A stretch of DNA of 64,000 nucleotides from sequence record SRR9188677_125; one strand, given 5' to 3'. The translations under genes and the position numbers were made by a program. The notes beneath the pieces are model-generated. The model saw only the letters and a program-made list of their open reading frames with translations. It had not been told where the DNA came from and did no database searches. This document shows, one piece after another, positions 52,675 through 62,744 of the stretch; the first letter of the stretch is position 1, and each line of letters starts with the position of its first letter.

Positions 52675-52799
52675 TGTTAATTTAAGATAGTTATAAGATT
52701 TAGTCCTTTGAACTTCGGCCTTTATTCGTTACTTTTGACCCGAGACCCTTAGGTCGAACTGTACGAAAGTAAAAAAAATTGATACAAAGATACACCGAA

Positions 52800-53342
52800 A
52801 TGAGTAATACTTCTCAAGAATACGACAAGGTTATCGGGATTTGCCGGCAACTGTACGCCAATAAAATGAAAGATTACGGAAGCGCCTGGAGAATCCTCAG
52901 ATTGCCCTCAGTAACCGACCAGATTTTCATCAAAGCCCAACGAATCAGGAGTTTGCAGCAAAACGAAATCCGTAAAATTGACGAAGACGAAACGGGCGAA
53001 TTCATCGGAATCATCAACTATTGCATCATGGCCCTGATCCAGCTGGATTTAGGCGTTGTAGAACAACCAGATTTAGATGCTGCAAAAGCTGTCGAACTAT
53101 ACGATGAGAAAGCGGCACTGACCAAAAAACTCATGGAAGACAAAAACCACGATTACGGTGAGGCTTGGCGTGAAATGCGTGTGAGCTCGTTAACCGATCT
53201 GATTCTTCAGAAGTTACTCCGCGTAAAGCAGATTGAAGACAATAAAGGTAAAACCTTAGTTTCAGAAGGCATCGATGCCAATTACCAAGACATGATTAAC
53301 TACTCCGTTTTCGCATTGATTTTGATGAAATTCGGGCAATAA
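52800..53342 (+). CDS. DUF1599 tandem-domain protein
   Basis: Two copies of K..DYG.AWR..R..S.TD.I..K..R. Confidence 0.8.
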   Translation: MSNTSQEYDKVIGICRQLYANKMKDYGSAWRILRLPSVTDQIFIKAQRIRSLQQNEIRKIDEDETGEFIGIINYCIMALIQLDLGVVEQPDLDAAKAVELYDEKAALTKKLMEDKNHDYGEAWREMRVSSLTDLILQKLLRVKQIEDNKGKTLVSEGIDANYQDMINYSVFALILMKFGQ

Positions 53343-53352
53343 ATAATTTAAA

Positions 53353-54453
53353 ATGGCAGTTTCAAAAAACACAATTTCTTGGGGAATCCGATATGTAATT
53401 TCATTTTTATTCCTGCTCTCGGCAGTAGCCAAGCTTTATCCTTCACCTTATTTTGCAATTTCAACTTTTGAGGTAAAACAGTTATATCCTATGGGTTTTT
53501 CAGAAGGATTTGCTCCCTATTTCTCCCGAATCCTTATCGGAATCGAATTCGCTTTAGGAATATTGATTCTGCAAAAGAACTTTTTGAGAAGCATTGTAAT
53601 CCCAGCTACATTCCTGCTTTTGGCAGTATTCGTAGGACATTTGACTATCGAGACCATTTCCAACGGAGGAAATTCCGGAAACTGCGGCTGTTTTGGAAGT
53701 TTGTTGCCAATGACACCAATTGAAGCGATCCTTAAAAATGTAGTAGCGATGGCTTTATTGGGCTGGTTATACGTCATAATCCCAAAAACAGGAGAAAAGA
53801 CTCATAACTTCTGGGTACTGAGCACCGTAACATTAGGAGCCATTTTAGCGATGTTCATGATTGCGCCCATCCAACCTGTTGAGAGCAGTTTTAGCGTTTC
53901 AGGCCCCGAACAAACAGTCATTGATTCAACAGAAACTGCCATCGACACTTCTAAAGTTGAAGCTGCTCCGGCATCGATCGCAAAAGACACTTTGAAAAAA
54001 ACCGCTGAAGTAAAAGTTGACGCTGAAACCGAAGTTTTAGAACCTAAAAAACACAAATCGGGTTATACACAGTATTTTTCACACATCGATAAAGGAAGAA
54101 AGACGCTTTGTTTCTTCGTACCGGGTTGCGATCACTGCCGTGTTGCTGCCAAGGAGTTGACCGAATTAAAGAAAACCAACAAAAACTTCCCTGAGATTTC
54201 CATTATCTTCATGAATGAGGAAGCGGATTTGATACCGGCATTTTTTAAGGAAGCCGGTGCGGAATACCCGTACAAGATCATAGAAATCATTCCGTTCTGG
54301 AAGGTTTTGGGCGACGGCAAAGACACTCCTGGAGTAAAATACTTATGGAATGGTAATGAATACAAGTACTATTTTGGTATCGGGGATAATAAATTCAACC
54401 CTGTTGATTATCAAAAACTGATTAACAAATCGTATCCTGAATTGAAGAAGTAA
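53353..54453 (+). CDS. MauE/DoxX-like membrane protein with a C-terminal CxxC domain (BT_3928-like)
   Basis: TM bundle with NCGCFG, low-complexity linker, PGCDHC. Confidence 0.65.
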   Translation: MAVSKNTISWGIRYVISFLFLLSAVAKLYPSPYFAISTFEVKQLYPMGFSEGFAPYFSRILIGIEFALGILILQKNFLRSIVIPATFLLLAVFVGHLTIETISNGGNSGNCGCFGSLLPMTPIEAILKNVVAMALLGWLYVIIPKTGEKTHNFWVLSTVTLGAILAMFMIAPIQPVESSFSVSGPEQTVIDSTETAIDTSKVEAAPASIAKDTLKKTAEVKVDAETEVLEPKKHKSGYTQYFSHIDKGRKTLCFFVPGCDHCRVAAKELTELKKTNKNFPEISIIFMNEEADLIPAFFKEAGAEYPYKIIEIIPFWKVLGDGKDTPGVKYLWNGNEYKYYFGIGDNKFNPVDYQKLINKSYPELKK

Positions 54454-54492
54454 ATCTAATTTAACTATATTTAAAACCTTAAATTTTAGATT

Positions 54493-54795
54493 ATGATTAA
54501 ATATTTTATGTCCAGGAGCATGCTCGAAAGAGGGATAATCGGCATTATCTTCTGCATACTGCTTTTTGCTTTTGGGTATTTTTTCATCTTGAATTACGTT
54601 TCCACACTGGAAAGGCCGCCGCTGGGAAACACTTTATACATTTTATTGGGGAGCACCTTCAGTATAGTTTCCCTACTGGGGATAGTATTGATTATAAAAT
54701 ACCTATACGATTACAAGAAAAGAAAACTACGCAAGGAACGTAAAAGGAAAAAGCACAAATTGTTTTACTTGAAAAACATAAAAAAAAACAAGTAG
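54493..54795 (+). CDS. Small two-TM protein with a polybasic tail
   Basis: Two hydrophobic helices then KKRKLRKERKRKKHK. Confidence 0.5.
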   Translation: MIKYFMSRSMLERGIIGIIFCILLFAFGYFFILNYVSTLERPPLGNTLYILLGSTFSIVSLLGIVLIIKYLYDYKKRKLRKERKRKKHKLFYLKNIKKNK

Positions 54796-54843
54796 AGACA
54801 ACAAAAAAGACTAAAGCCGTTTCACACAACACACAATTCCATT

Positions 54844-55338
54844 ATGAAAAAGATACTATTTTGCATTATTGCCACAACCACTTTAGCCTGCAGCAATGCC
54901 CAAGACAAGCAGTTCGCGAAAGAAAGCCTGGCCAAAAAACTAATAACTCCTCAAAATACTGAAATAGCATTCAAGGATATCCTAAAAAAACACAGCGGCA
55001 AGATTACGGTTATAGAAGTCTGGGCTTCCTGGTGCGGCGATTGTGTAAAGGCAATGCCTAAAGTAAAGCAAATGCAGGCAGACTTTCCGGATGTGGATTA
55101 CGTATTCCTTTCCATGGACAAAGCTTTTGACAAATGGGAAAATGGGATAAAGCACCACGAACTCAAAGGCGACCACTATTGGGCAACCGACGGAATGAAA
55201 GGCGAATTCGGAAAATCGATTGATTTGGACTGGATCCCGAGATATATAGTGCTAGACAAAGCCGGAAAAGTGGTACTCTACAGAGCCATAGAAACCGATT
55301 TTGAAAAAATTTACGACCAAATAAAAAAACTACAATAA
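54844..55338 (+). CDS. TlpA-family thiol:disulfide oxidoreductase (probable lipoprotein)
   Basis: LAC lipobox, WASWCGDC, cis-Pro WIPRY. Confidence 0.88.
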   Translation: MKKILFCIIATTTLACSNAQDKQFAKESLAKKLITPQNTEIAFKDILKKHSGKITVIEVWASWCGDCVKAMPKVKQMQADFPDVDYVFLSMDKAFDKWENGIKHHELKGDHYWATDGMKGEFGKSIDLDWIPRYIVLDKAGKVVLYRAIETDFEKIYDQIKKLQ

Positions 55339-56090
55339 TGAGAAACAAAATAGTTGCGGGCAACTGGAAAATGCACAAGAACGCTGAAGAAACAGAAGAT
55401 TTATTAAACGAACTTATAGATCAGTTACCTAATGATGTTGAGGCACAGATTATCGTAGCGCCAACATTTGTAAATCTTGCTTCAGCGGTAGATCATTTAG
55501 AATTCACCAACATTGGTGTAGCTGCACAAAACATGAGCCAGTTTGAAAGTGGCGCTTACACTGGTGAAATCTCAGCAGACATGCTCAAAAGCATTGGCGT
55601 AAACATAGTCATCATTGGTCATTCAGAGCGCCGAGCGTATTTCAATGAAACCGATTTTATCCTGGCAGAAAAAGTCACAACGGCCTTAAAAAATAACCTG
55701 ACCGTAATTTTCTGTTTTGGGGAAGAATTAAAAGACAGGCAAAACAACCAGCATTTTAATCTGGTAGAAAACCAATTGCGTGACGGATTATTCCATATCG
55801 AAAATAAAGATTGGGAAAATATCATATTGGCTTACGAGCCGGTTTGGGCTATCGGAACAGGAGAAACAGCATCTCCCGATCAGGCACAGGAAATGCACCA
55901 GTTCATTAGGGAAGTGGTTCAAAAAAGATACGGAAACGAAATTGCTGACGATGTCTCAATTCTTTACGGAGGCAGCGTAAAACCGGACAATGCCAAAGAA
56001 ATCTTCTCAAAACCAGATGTTGACGGCGGATTGATCGGAGGAGCCGCACTGAAAGCTGCTGATTTTGCGGCAATTGTGGATTCGATCTAA
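55338..56090 (+). CDS. tpiA: Triosephosphate isomerase
   Basis: AGNWKM, GHSERR, AYEPVWAIGTG, YGGSV. Confidence 0.97.
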   Translation: MRNKIVAGNWKMHKNAEETEDLLNELIDQLPNDVEAQIIVAPTFVNLASAVDHLEFTNIGVAAQNMSQFESGAYTGEISADMLKSIGVNIVIIGHSERRAYFNETDFILAEKVTTALKNNLTVIFCFGEELKDRQNNQHFNLVENQLRDGLFHIENKDWENIILAYEPVWAIGTGETASPDQAQEMHQFIREVVQKRYGNEIADDVSILYGGSVKPDNAKEIFSKPDVDGGLIGGAALKAADFAAIVDSI

Positions 56091-56110
56091 CGATAATTTC
56101 CTATAAATTC

Positions 56111-56144
56111 AAAAGACCTTTCATTAATTTGAAAGGTTTTTTTT
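56111..56144 (+). terminator. Intrinsic terminator after tpiA
   Basis: ACCTTTCA...TGAAAGGT plus long T tract. Confidence 0.75.
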
Positions 56145-56236
56145 ATGTTTTAAGTTAATTTATACACTTTAACGATTTTTTTTACACTTAATCGAATAAA
56201 TCTTATACTTTTACGGTTCATTAAAGTCAAAATCAA

Positions 56237-56707
56237 ATGAAAACAAGATTTGCCCTGATTCTTGTGCTATTATTTTCGTTGAGTGTAAATGCACAGATTG
56301 ATTCTCAAAAACGGTTCCAATCCGATTCGAGAAAGTACTATGTATGGAATAAGGAATTCGATAAATACGAATTAAAGGAAACGGAATACGAAAACTCTGT
56401 AATCGATATTCGTGAAATTGGCTCAAAGACCAATGGCTACATCGTTATCAGCATGATTGACAATGGACAGGTTCGATTGCACCACGGATCTATAATAGAA
56501 TTTACACAGACCAGCGAAACGGAAGGCACCTGGCTGATCCGCTCTAAATTCATGAGAGCCAAGCTAATTTATAATCCAAAGGAAAATACGATTACCTATT
56601 TATATGACGTTGACAATAAACGCTACAGCAGAATGATGATTTTTGCGGTTGCCCCGGATTCAGCACCAAATGCCGGTTTAAAAGCTGTTGCCAATTCTGA
56701 CGATTAA
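56237..56707 (+). CDS. Exported hypothetical protein
   Basis: Signal peptide ending NAQ; beta-rich; no family recognised. Confidence 0.65.
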   Translation: MKTRFALILVLLFSLSVNAQIDSQKRFQSDSRKYYVWNKEFDKYELKETEYENSVIDIREIGSKTNGYIVISMIDNGQVRLHHGSIIEFTQTSETEGTWLIRSKFMRAKLIYNPKENTITYLYDVDNKRYSRMMIFAVAPDSAPNAGLKAVANSDD

Positions 56708-56770
56708 AGTTTTCGCAAAATGCCTTCACAGTAAGACTGCCGATTGTTACCTTTGCAAAAAAACAATCTA

Positions 56771-57604
56771 ATGTCAAACATTTATTTAGCTTACCATTTT
56801 TCGGTTGAACCTAAAGAAACGGGTTCCGAAATCTTAATCGCATTGCTGGGCGAAAAACCCTTTGAAAGTTTCATTGAGACTGAAAACGGATTTAGCGCCT
56901 TTATTCAAAAAGATTTATGGACTAAAAACATCTTGGATGATATTACTTTGTTACATTCTCCTGAGTTCGCTATTTCCCACACAATCGAAGAGATTGACCA
57001 AGTTAATTGGAACGAAGAATGGGAAAAAAACTTCGAAGCCATCGATGTAGACGGAAAATGTCACGTCCGCGCCCCTTTTCACCCTAAAACCAACGCTGAG
57101 TTTGATATCGTTATCGAACCCAAAATGAGCTTTGGAACCGGGCATCATGAAACGACGCACATGATGATCCAGCATCTTTTGGAAATTGATGTCGCCAATA
57201 GGAAAACGCTCGATATGGGCTGTGGGACTGCCATCCTTGCCATCCTTGCCGAAATGAAAGGCGCGAAACCTATCGATGCTATCGACATTGACAACTGGTG
57301 CTACCTAAATTCCATTGAAAATGCAGAACGGAATAATTGTACCGAAATTACAGTTTATGAAGGTGACGCAGCTTTACTTAAAGGCAAAAAATACGACCTC
57401 ATCATAGCCAACATCAACCGCAACATTTTACTGAACGACATGCAGCAATATGTGGATTGCCTCAATAAGGACGGAATCTTATTATTGAGTGGTTTTTACA
57501 CAGAAGACATTCCATACATTGATAAATCGTGTACGGAAAAAGGCTTAACTTATGTTAAAAAATTCGAAAGAAACAATTGGACATCACTTAAATACGTAAA
57601 TTAG
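56771..57604 (+). CDS. prmA: Ribosomal protein L11 methyltransferase
   Basis: EPKMSFGTGHHETT, LDMGCGTAIL, IIANI; TACCTTTG at 56748-56755. Confidence 0.93.
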   Translation: MSNIYLAYHFSVEPKETGSEILIALLGEKPFESFIETENGFSAFIQKDLWTKNILDDITLLHSPEFAISHTIEEIDQVNWNEEWEKNFEAIDVDGKCHVRAPFHPKTNAEFDIVIEPKMSFGTGHHETTHMMIQHLLEIDVANRKTLDMGCGTAILAILAEMKGAKPIDAIDIDNWCYLNSIENAERNNCTEITVYEGDAALLKGKKYDLIIANINRNILLNDMQQYVDCLNKDGILLLSGFYTEDIPYIDKSCTEKGLTYVKKFERNNWTSLKYVN

Positions 57605-57639
57605 CCCCCTGAAATTTTACACTTGCAAAGGAAATGAAA

Positions 57640-57915
57640 ATGAGTACTATAGAAAAAGTCCAGGAAGACGTACTTGTAGAAGAACAAACCGGGATCAACA
57701 ACGAAATTGTATTGTATAATGATGATGTCAATACTTTTGACCATGTGATTGACACCTTAATACGGGTTTGCAACCACACTTCAGAGCAGGCCGAGCAATG
57801 CGCTATTTTAGTCCATTATAAAGGAAAATGTACGGTAAAGACAGGCTCTTTTGACGAACTGAAACCACAATGCACTTCTCTTTTAGAAGCCGGGTTGAGT
57901 GCTGAAATCATTTAA
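57640..57915 (+). CDS. clpS: Clp protease adaptor ClpS
   Basis: LYNDDVNTFDHV, VHYKGK; the ATG at 57634 is an alternative start. Confidence 0.9.
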   Translation: MSTIEKVQEDVLVEEQTGINNEIVLYNDDVNTFDHVIDTLIRVCNHTSEQAEQCAILVHYKGKCTVKTGSFDELKPQCTSLLEAGLSAEII

Positions 57916-57917
57916 CC

Positions 57918-58340
57918 TTAAAATTTCCAGTCGAATTCGTCGTTGTCATTGATGATGGCACCAATCTCAATGCGGATAATATCATTGTATTCTGATTGCA
58001 GGATCAGCCAATTGCTTTCGTTAAAGTGGTTTTCAGTGGTATCAAAATCCTCTTTTGTCCAGGATTTGAATGGCAGTGCGGCTTTAGCTTCCTCGATATT
58101 TCCCCCGATTAGTTTTTTATCCAAAATTGCCGCTTCCGGATTGGAGCAGATGATATACCCTAAACGAAAATCCTCATCTTCATAAAACGTCAGGCTCCAT
58201 TTCTGCTTATTGTACAAACAGATTAAATTCCCGTCCTCATCATTATACTGTTTGTCGGCCTTGCCGTAAAGTGATTCCACATCTTGCTGCTTCATGCCAA
58301 AAAGCAACTGGTCTATTCCGTTTTTTAGATTGATAACCAT
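57918..58340 (-). CDS. Hypothetical acidic protein
   Basis: 140 aa ORF filling the gap, with a near-consensus -7 element upstream. Confidence 0.65.
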   Translation of the reverse strand: MVINLKNGIDQLLFGMKQQDVESLYGKADKQYNDEDGNLICLYNKQKWSLTFYEDEDFRLGYIICSNPEAAILDKKLIGGNIEEAKAALPFKSWTKEDFDTTENHFNESNWLILQSEYNDIIRIEIGAIINDNDEFDWKF

Positions 58341-58433
58341 TTATTAAAATTAGGAGTTATGGGTTATTTGTACTTACTGCAAAGTAAGTGAAGTTTTCCC
58401 GAATCTTCTAAACAGATTTAGTAATTTTACATC

Positions 58434-59264
58434 ATGCAAGACCTGAACAACTTACAGCAATTTACAGACTCTTTACCCAATACAGAGCGAATGCCTGTCC
58501 TCTTTCTGGGACACGGCAGCCCAATGAATGCGATTGAGGAAAATGAATTCGTTGCAGGATTTAGAAATGCTGCCGCCACTCTTCCAAAACCAACTGCCAT
58601 TATTTGTATTTCGGCGCATTGGTTCACCAAAGGCACCAAGGTCACCGCTATGGAAATGCCACAGACCATCCATGATTTTGGTGGTTTCCCGAAACCTTTA
58701 TATGAAGTGCAGTATCCTGCAAAAGGAAACCCCGAATTAGCACAGGCAACAAAACTATTGTTGGAACCCGCAATAATCGAACTCGATGAAAAATGGGGGT
58801 TGGACCACGGAGCCTGGTCGGTTTTGAGGCATCTCTACCCAAAAGCAGACATTCCGGTAATCCAGCTGAGCATTGATTATTCCAAACCGGCGCAATATCA
58901 TTTTGATTTAGCCCAAAAGTTAAGCACACTGCGTGATAAAGGCGTACTAATCATTGGCAGCGGCAACATAGTCCACAACCTTCGTTTGGTTGATTTCCAG
59001 AATTTCCATAAAGACAATTATGGTTTTGACTGGGCCATTGAAGCCCGAAGTACCATCAACAACTATCTTTTCAATGGCGATTTCCAGTCGCTGATTGATT
59101 ATGAAACCAAATCCACAGCAATACAACTCGCAGTTCCTTCCCCGGATCATTTTTTACCCTTACTCTATACTTTGGGATTAAAGCAGAAAAGCGAAGAACT
59201 GTCTCTATTCAATGACAAACTTTTAGCCGGAAGCCTAAGCATGACTTCGGTGAGGATCGGTTAG
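58434..59264 (+). CDS. ygiD: 4,5-DOPA extradiol dioxygenase (LigB family)
   Basis: GHGSPMNA, ISAHW, GLDHGAW, SGNIVHNL. Confidence 0.9.
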   Translation: MQDLNNLQQFTDSLPNTERMPVLFLGHGSPMNAIEENEFVAGFRNAAATLPKPTAIICISAHWFTKGTKVTAMEMPQTIHDFGGFPKPLYEVQYPAKGNPELAQATKLLLEPAIIELDEKWGLDHGAWSVLRHLYPKADIPVIQLSIDYSKPAQYHFDLAQKLSTLRDKGVLIIGSGNIVHNLRLVDFQNFHKDNYGFDWAIEARSTINNYLFNGDFQSLIDYETKSTAIQLAVPSPDHFLPLLYTLGLKQKSEELSLFNDKLLAGSLSMTSVRIG

Positions 59265-59343
59265 AATCCTGTAAATTCCAGGAACAATAGTGTAAAATTT
59301 CAGGGGTTTATTTGGGTAACTTTATCGCTCTAAACTTTGTGAA

Positions 59344-59742
59344 ATGAAAACAAAATGCTGCATGCTGCTATTTATTTTATGCTTTACCGGCTTATCATTC
59401 GGGCAAAATCAGGATCAGATGAACCAAAAGGCTTATGATGAGTATAAAAAAGTAGATAAAGAGCTTAATTCGGTCTACGGAAAAATACTTAAGCAATACA
59501 AATCGGATACTGAGTTTATCAGAAACCTCAAGAAATCACAAAAAATCTGGATCACTTTTCGCGATGCTGAAATGCGGGTGAAATACCCCAATCGCGGTTC
59601 CGGAACTTATGCTTCCTCCCACCAGATGTGCTGGTACGGTTACATAGCCGGGCTCACCAAAAAAAGAACCAAAGAGCTCAATGTATGGTTAACCGGAATT
59701 GAAGAAGGCGACGTCTGCGCAGGTTCGGTAAAAAAGAAATAG
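59344..59742 (+). CDS. LprI/DUF1311 family exported protein
   Basis: DKELN.VY, SQK.WI.FRDAE, paired Cys. Confidence 0.8.
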   Translation: MKTKCCMLLFILCFTGLSFGQNQDQMNQKAYDEYKKVDKELNSVYGKILKQYKSDTEFIRNLKKSQKIWITFRDAEMRVKYPNRGSGTYASSHQMCWYGYIAGLTKKRTKELNVWLTGIEEGDVCAGSVKKK

Positions 59743-59749
59743 GCCCACA

Positions 59750-60928
59750 TCAATACTCAAACTTCCCAAACTCGCTTTCTATAGTGAGTTTTTTGCTTTC
59801 AGAAGCTTCTACCCTGCCTACAATCTGGGCATCAACCCCGAAAGATTTTGAGATTTCGATGATGTCGTTGGCAATTTCTGAAGGAACGTACAATTCCATT
59901 CTATGGCCACAATTGAACACCTGGTACATTTCCTTCCAATCCGTTTTGGATTGCGCCTGAATGAGTTTGAACAAAGGTGGAACCGGAAATAAAGTATCTT
60001 TTATTACGTGCACATTCTCTACAAAATGCAACACTTTAGTTTGAGCACCACCCGAACAATGTACCATTCCGTGAATTTCATTTGGAGTATATTTTCCTAA
60101 AATCGATTTAATTATCGGAGCGTAAGTACGCGTTGGGGACAAAACCAATTTTCCGGCGTCGATTGGGGAATCTTCAACTGCATCGGTCAAATTCGTATTT
60201 CCGGAATAGACCAAATCTTTTGGTACAGAACTGTCGAAACTTTCCGGATATTTTTCGGCTAAGTAGTGGGCAAAAACATCATGACGTGCCGATGTCAGTC
60301 CGTTGCTTCCCATTCCGCCGTTGTAGCTTTTCTCATATCTGGCCTGACCGAAAGAAGCCAAACCGACAATCACATCGCCAGCTTTGATATTGGCATTGTC
60401 AACCACATCACTGCGCTTTATACGGGCAGTTACGGTAGAATCCACAATGATTGTACGAACCAAATCGCCTACATCGGCTGTTTCTCCGCCAGTTGAATGT
60501 ATGGTTACGCCAAATGATTTCAGTTCTTCAATAAGTTCTTCAGTGCCATTGATTATGGCAGAAAGCACTTCGCCCGGGATCAGGTTTTTGTTCCTTCCGA
60601 TTGTTGACGAAAGCATGATATTGTCTGTAGCGCCAACACAAAGCAAGTCGTCAATATTCATAATCAACGCATCCTGTGCAATCCCTTTCCAAACCGAAAG
60701 ATCGCCGGTTTCTTTCCAGTACATATAGGCCAGGGAAGATTTTGTACCGGCACCGTCTGCGTGCATTATCAGGCAATAATCCTCATCATTAGTCAAATAA
60801 TCGGGAACTATTTTGCAGAACGCTTTTGGGAATAATCCTTTATCGATGTTTTTAATAGCATTGTGAACATCTTCTTTGGAAGCCGAAACCCCACGAAGAT
60901 TGTAACGTTGACTGTTATCAGAGCTCAT
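59750..60928 (-). CDS. purM: AIR synthase (phosphoribosylformylglycinamidine cyclo-ligase)
   Basis: HADGAGTK, MNIDD, GGETA, SNG, HCSGG, VFNCG; TATCTTTG at 60952-60959. Confidence 0.88.
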   Translation of the reverse strand: MSSDNSQRYNLRGVSASKEDVHNAIKNIDKGLFPKAFCKIVPDYLTNDEDYCLIMHADGAGTKSSLAYMYWKETGDLSVWKGIAQDALIMNIDDLLCVGATDNIMLSSTIGRNKNLIPGEVLSAIINGTEELIEELKSFGVTIHSTGGETADVGDLVRTIIVDSTVTARIKRSDVVDNANIKAGDVIVGLASFGQARYEKSYNGGMGSNGLTSARHDVFAHYLAEKYPESFDSSVPKDLVYSGNTNLTDAVEDSPIDAGKLVLSPTRTYAPIIKSILGKYTPNEIHGMVHCSGGAQTKVLHFVENVHVIKDTLFPVPPLFKLIQAQSKTDWKEMYQVFNCGHRMELYVPSEIANDIIEISKSFGVDAQIVGRVEASESKKLTIESEFGKFEY

Positions 60929-60995
60929 GTGTAGTAGTTAGTTGTGTTGCGCAAAGATAGGTTTAATGTGTCAATTAGGCAATTTGAAAATTTGA

Positions 60996-61763
60996 TTATT
61001 TCTCCACAATCAGGATTTCTACGCGTCGGTTTTCATTTTCCTGCTGCTCGTCCTTTTCGGGAATCGGATGCAGGGGTTTTGTAGTTCCAAAACCTTTGAA
61101 GGACATGCGTTTCTTATCGATTTTATTCCGGATCAGATAATTATAGATTGCCCTTGCCCGCGAGGTGGATAAATTCAAAAGGTCCGAAGGCTGGCAACAG
61201 ATATGGCCTTGAATCTGGATCTTAAGCTTTGGGTTTTCTTCCATCGCGCAGCGTAAGTCATAAAGCGTTGGTTCGGATTTCGGAACGATGCGGGCGGAAT
61301 TATTGAAGAAATAAATGTCCGGCAAAGTAATGTGCTCGCCAACCTTGGATTCTTTTATCTTCTTAGTCAATTCCATTTCGATTGGTACGGCAACCGGTTC
61401 ATTATAAAAGATAGTCACCTTTCGGTTCTCTGCCTGGACTTTGGATTGCTTGAAATCTTTACCGTAAGCTGTTTTTTCTAAATATTTGGAGAACTTCAGT
61501 CCGCTTTTCTCTAACAGAAGCTGAACATTTTCAATACGCCTTTCCGATAGTTTTATGTTGTAATTTTTGGTGTCGATGCTGTCGCAGTAACCTAAAAGCT
61601 TGGTAATTTCGGCATCTTTGTTTTTGGAAATCCATTCGTTGAGCACCAAAACGGAAGGCGGGTTTGGAAAATCCTTATTAAAATCGAAAAACGCCTCAAT
61701 TTGTTTCTGCCCCAACGATTTGATAGAGACCAGGAGAAACAATATGATTATTTTCCCTTTCAT
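60996..61763 (-). CDS. Periplasmic protein with two OmpA-like domains (paralog 3)
   Basis: Signal peptide; GYCD...R...NRKV and GHICC...RA...NRRVEI. Confidence 0.85.
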   Translation of the reverse strand: MKGKIIILFLLVSIKSLGQKQIEAFFDFNKDFPNPPSVLVLNEWISKNKDAEITKLLGYCDSIDTKNYNIKLSERRIENVQLLLEKSGLKFSKYLEKTAYGKDFKQSKVQAENRKVTIFYNEPVAVPIEMELTKKIKESKVGEHITLPDIYFFNNSARIVPKSEPTLYDLRCAMEENPKLKIQIQGHICCQPSDLLNLSTSRARAIYNYLIRNKIDKKRMSFKGFGTTKPLHPIPEKDEQQENENRRVEILIVEK

Positions 61764-62743
61764 TTTTTTTGCACAATCAGGATTTCTACTCTGCGGTTGG
61801 CCATGCGCTGCTTTTCATTTTTTTCCGGTACTTTATAGATCGGATTGTTGCTCCCAAAGCCTTTAAAATCCAATCGGTTAACCTCAACCCCATGACCTGT
61901 TAAATATTTAAGGATAACCAATGCCCGGCGATAGGAAAGCTTGGTGTCGTTTGGATTTGGGTTACAGCAGATGTGCCCGTGTATCGCAATCCTCAAACCC
62001 GGATTATCCAGCATCACCTGAAGCAGTTCATTCAAAAGCGGTACCGACTGATCCATCACTTTTTCGGAATTAAAATGAAAAATGATATTGCTTATCCTAA
62101 TCAGGTCACCTACTTTGGCTTTTTCAAACTTCAAGGCCAAACCGGCTTTCTCTTCAGCAATCATAGCGTCCATGTCTATCGGCTCAAATACTTCTTCTTC
62201 AATCTGTCCGGTTACTTTTTCTGCTTCCGTCTGTTTTCCCGGAGTTTTTCCGAACAGAGTCTGCGGCTTGTTTACCGGCTTAGGGTTTGGTTTGGATTCC
62301 GTTAAAGCTACTTTGCCTGCATTCGGATTTACAGCGGTTTTTGTTTCTTTATCCGATTCCTTTTTTATATCCATTGGGAGGGAATAAAACACTTCCACTT
62401 TCCTGTTCTCGCTCTGGATTTTGGAATACTTAAAATCTTCCCCAAAAGATTTCAGCTCCACCTTATCCGCTATTTTGATGTGCTCTTTTTTAAAAATTTC
62501 CAGCATAGAATGGATCCTGCGCATGGCCAGCTGCTTGTTGTAATCATTGGAATCGACACTATCGCAATAACCCAAGACCTTGGTGATTTCTGCCGTTTTG
62601 TTTTCGGCTATCCATTGATTTATTTTAGCTTGTGAAGCTTCATTGGCTATGTCCTGATTGAAGTCAAAAAAAACCTCGAATTTATTTTGGCTAAAACAGT
62701 TTAGTGACAACAACACAACGAAAACTAAAAATTGTGGCTTCAT
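61760..62743 (-). CDS. Periplasmic protein with two OmpA-like domains (paralog 2, long linker)
   Basis: Signal peptide; GYCD and GHICC domains; start at MKPQF. Confidence 0.85.
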   Translation of the reverse strand: MKPQFLVFVVLLSLNCFSQNKFEVFFDFNQDIANEASQAKINQWIAENKTAEITKVLGYCDSVDSNDYNKQLAMRRIHSMLEIFKKEHIKIADKVELKSFGEDFKYSKIQSENRKVEVFYSLPMDIKKESDKETKTAVNPNAGKVALTESKPNPKPVNKPQTLFGKTPGKQTEAEKVTGQIEEEVFEPIDMDAMIAEEKAGLALKFEKAKVGDLIRISNIIFHFNSEKVMDQSVPLLNELLQVMLDNPGLRIAIHGHICCNPNPNDTKLSYRRALVILKYLTGHGVEVNRLDFKGFGSNNPIYKVPEKNEKQRMANRRVEILIVQKK

Positions 62744-62744
62744 C

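Noticed and set aside
60929..60995. Purine riboswitch upstream of purM or purA
   Set aside because: The leaders are too short (~20-30 nt) and unstructured.
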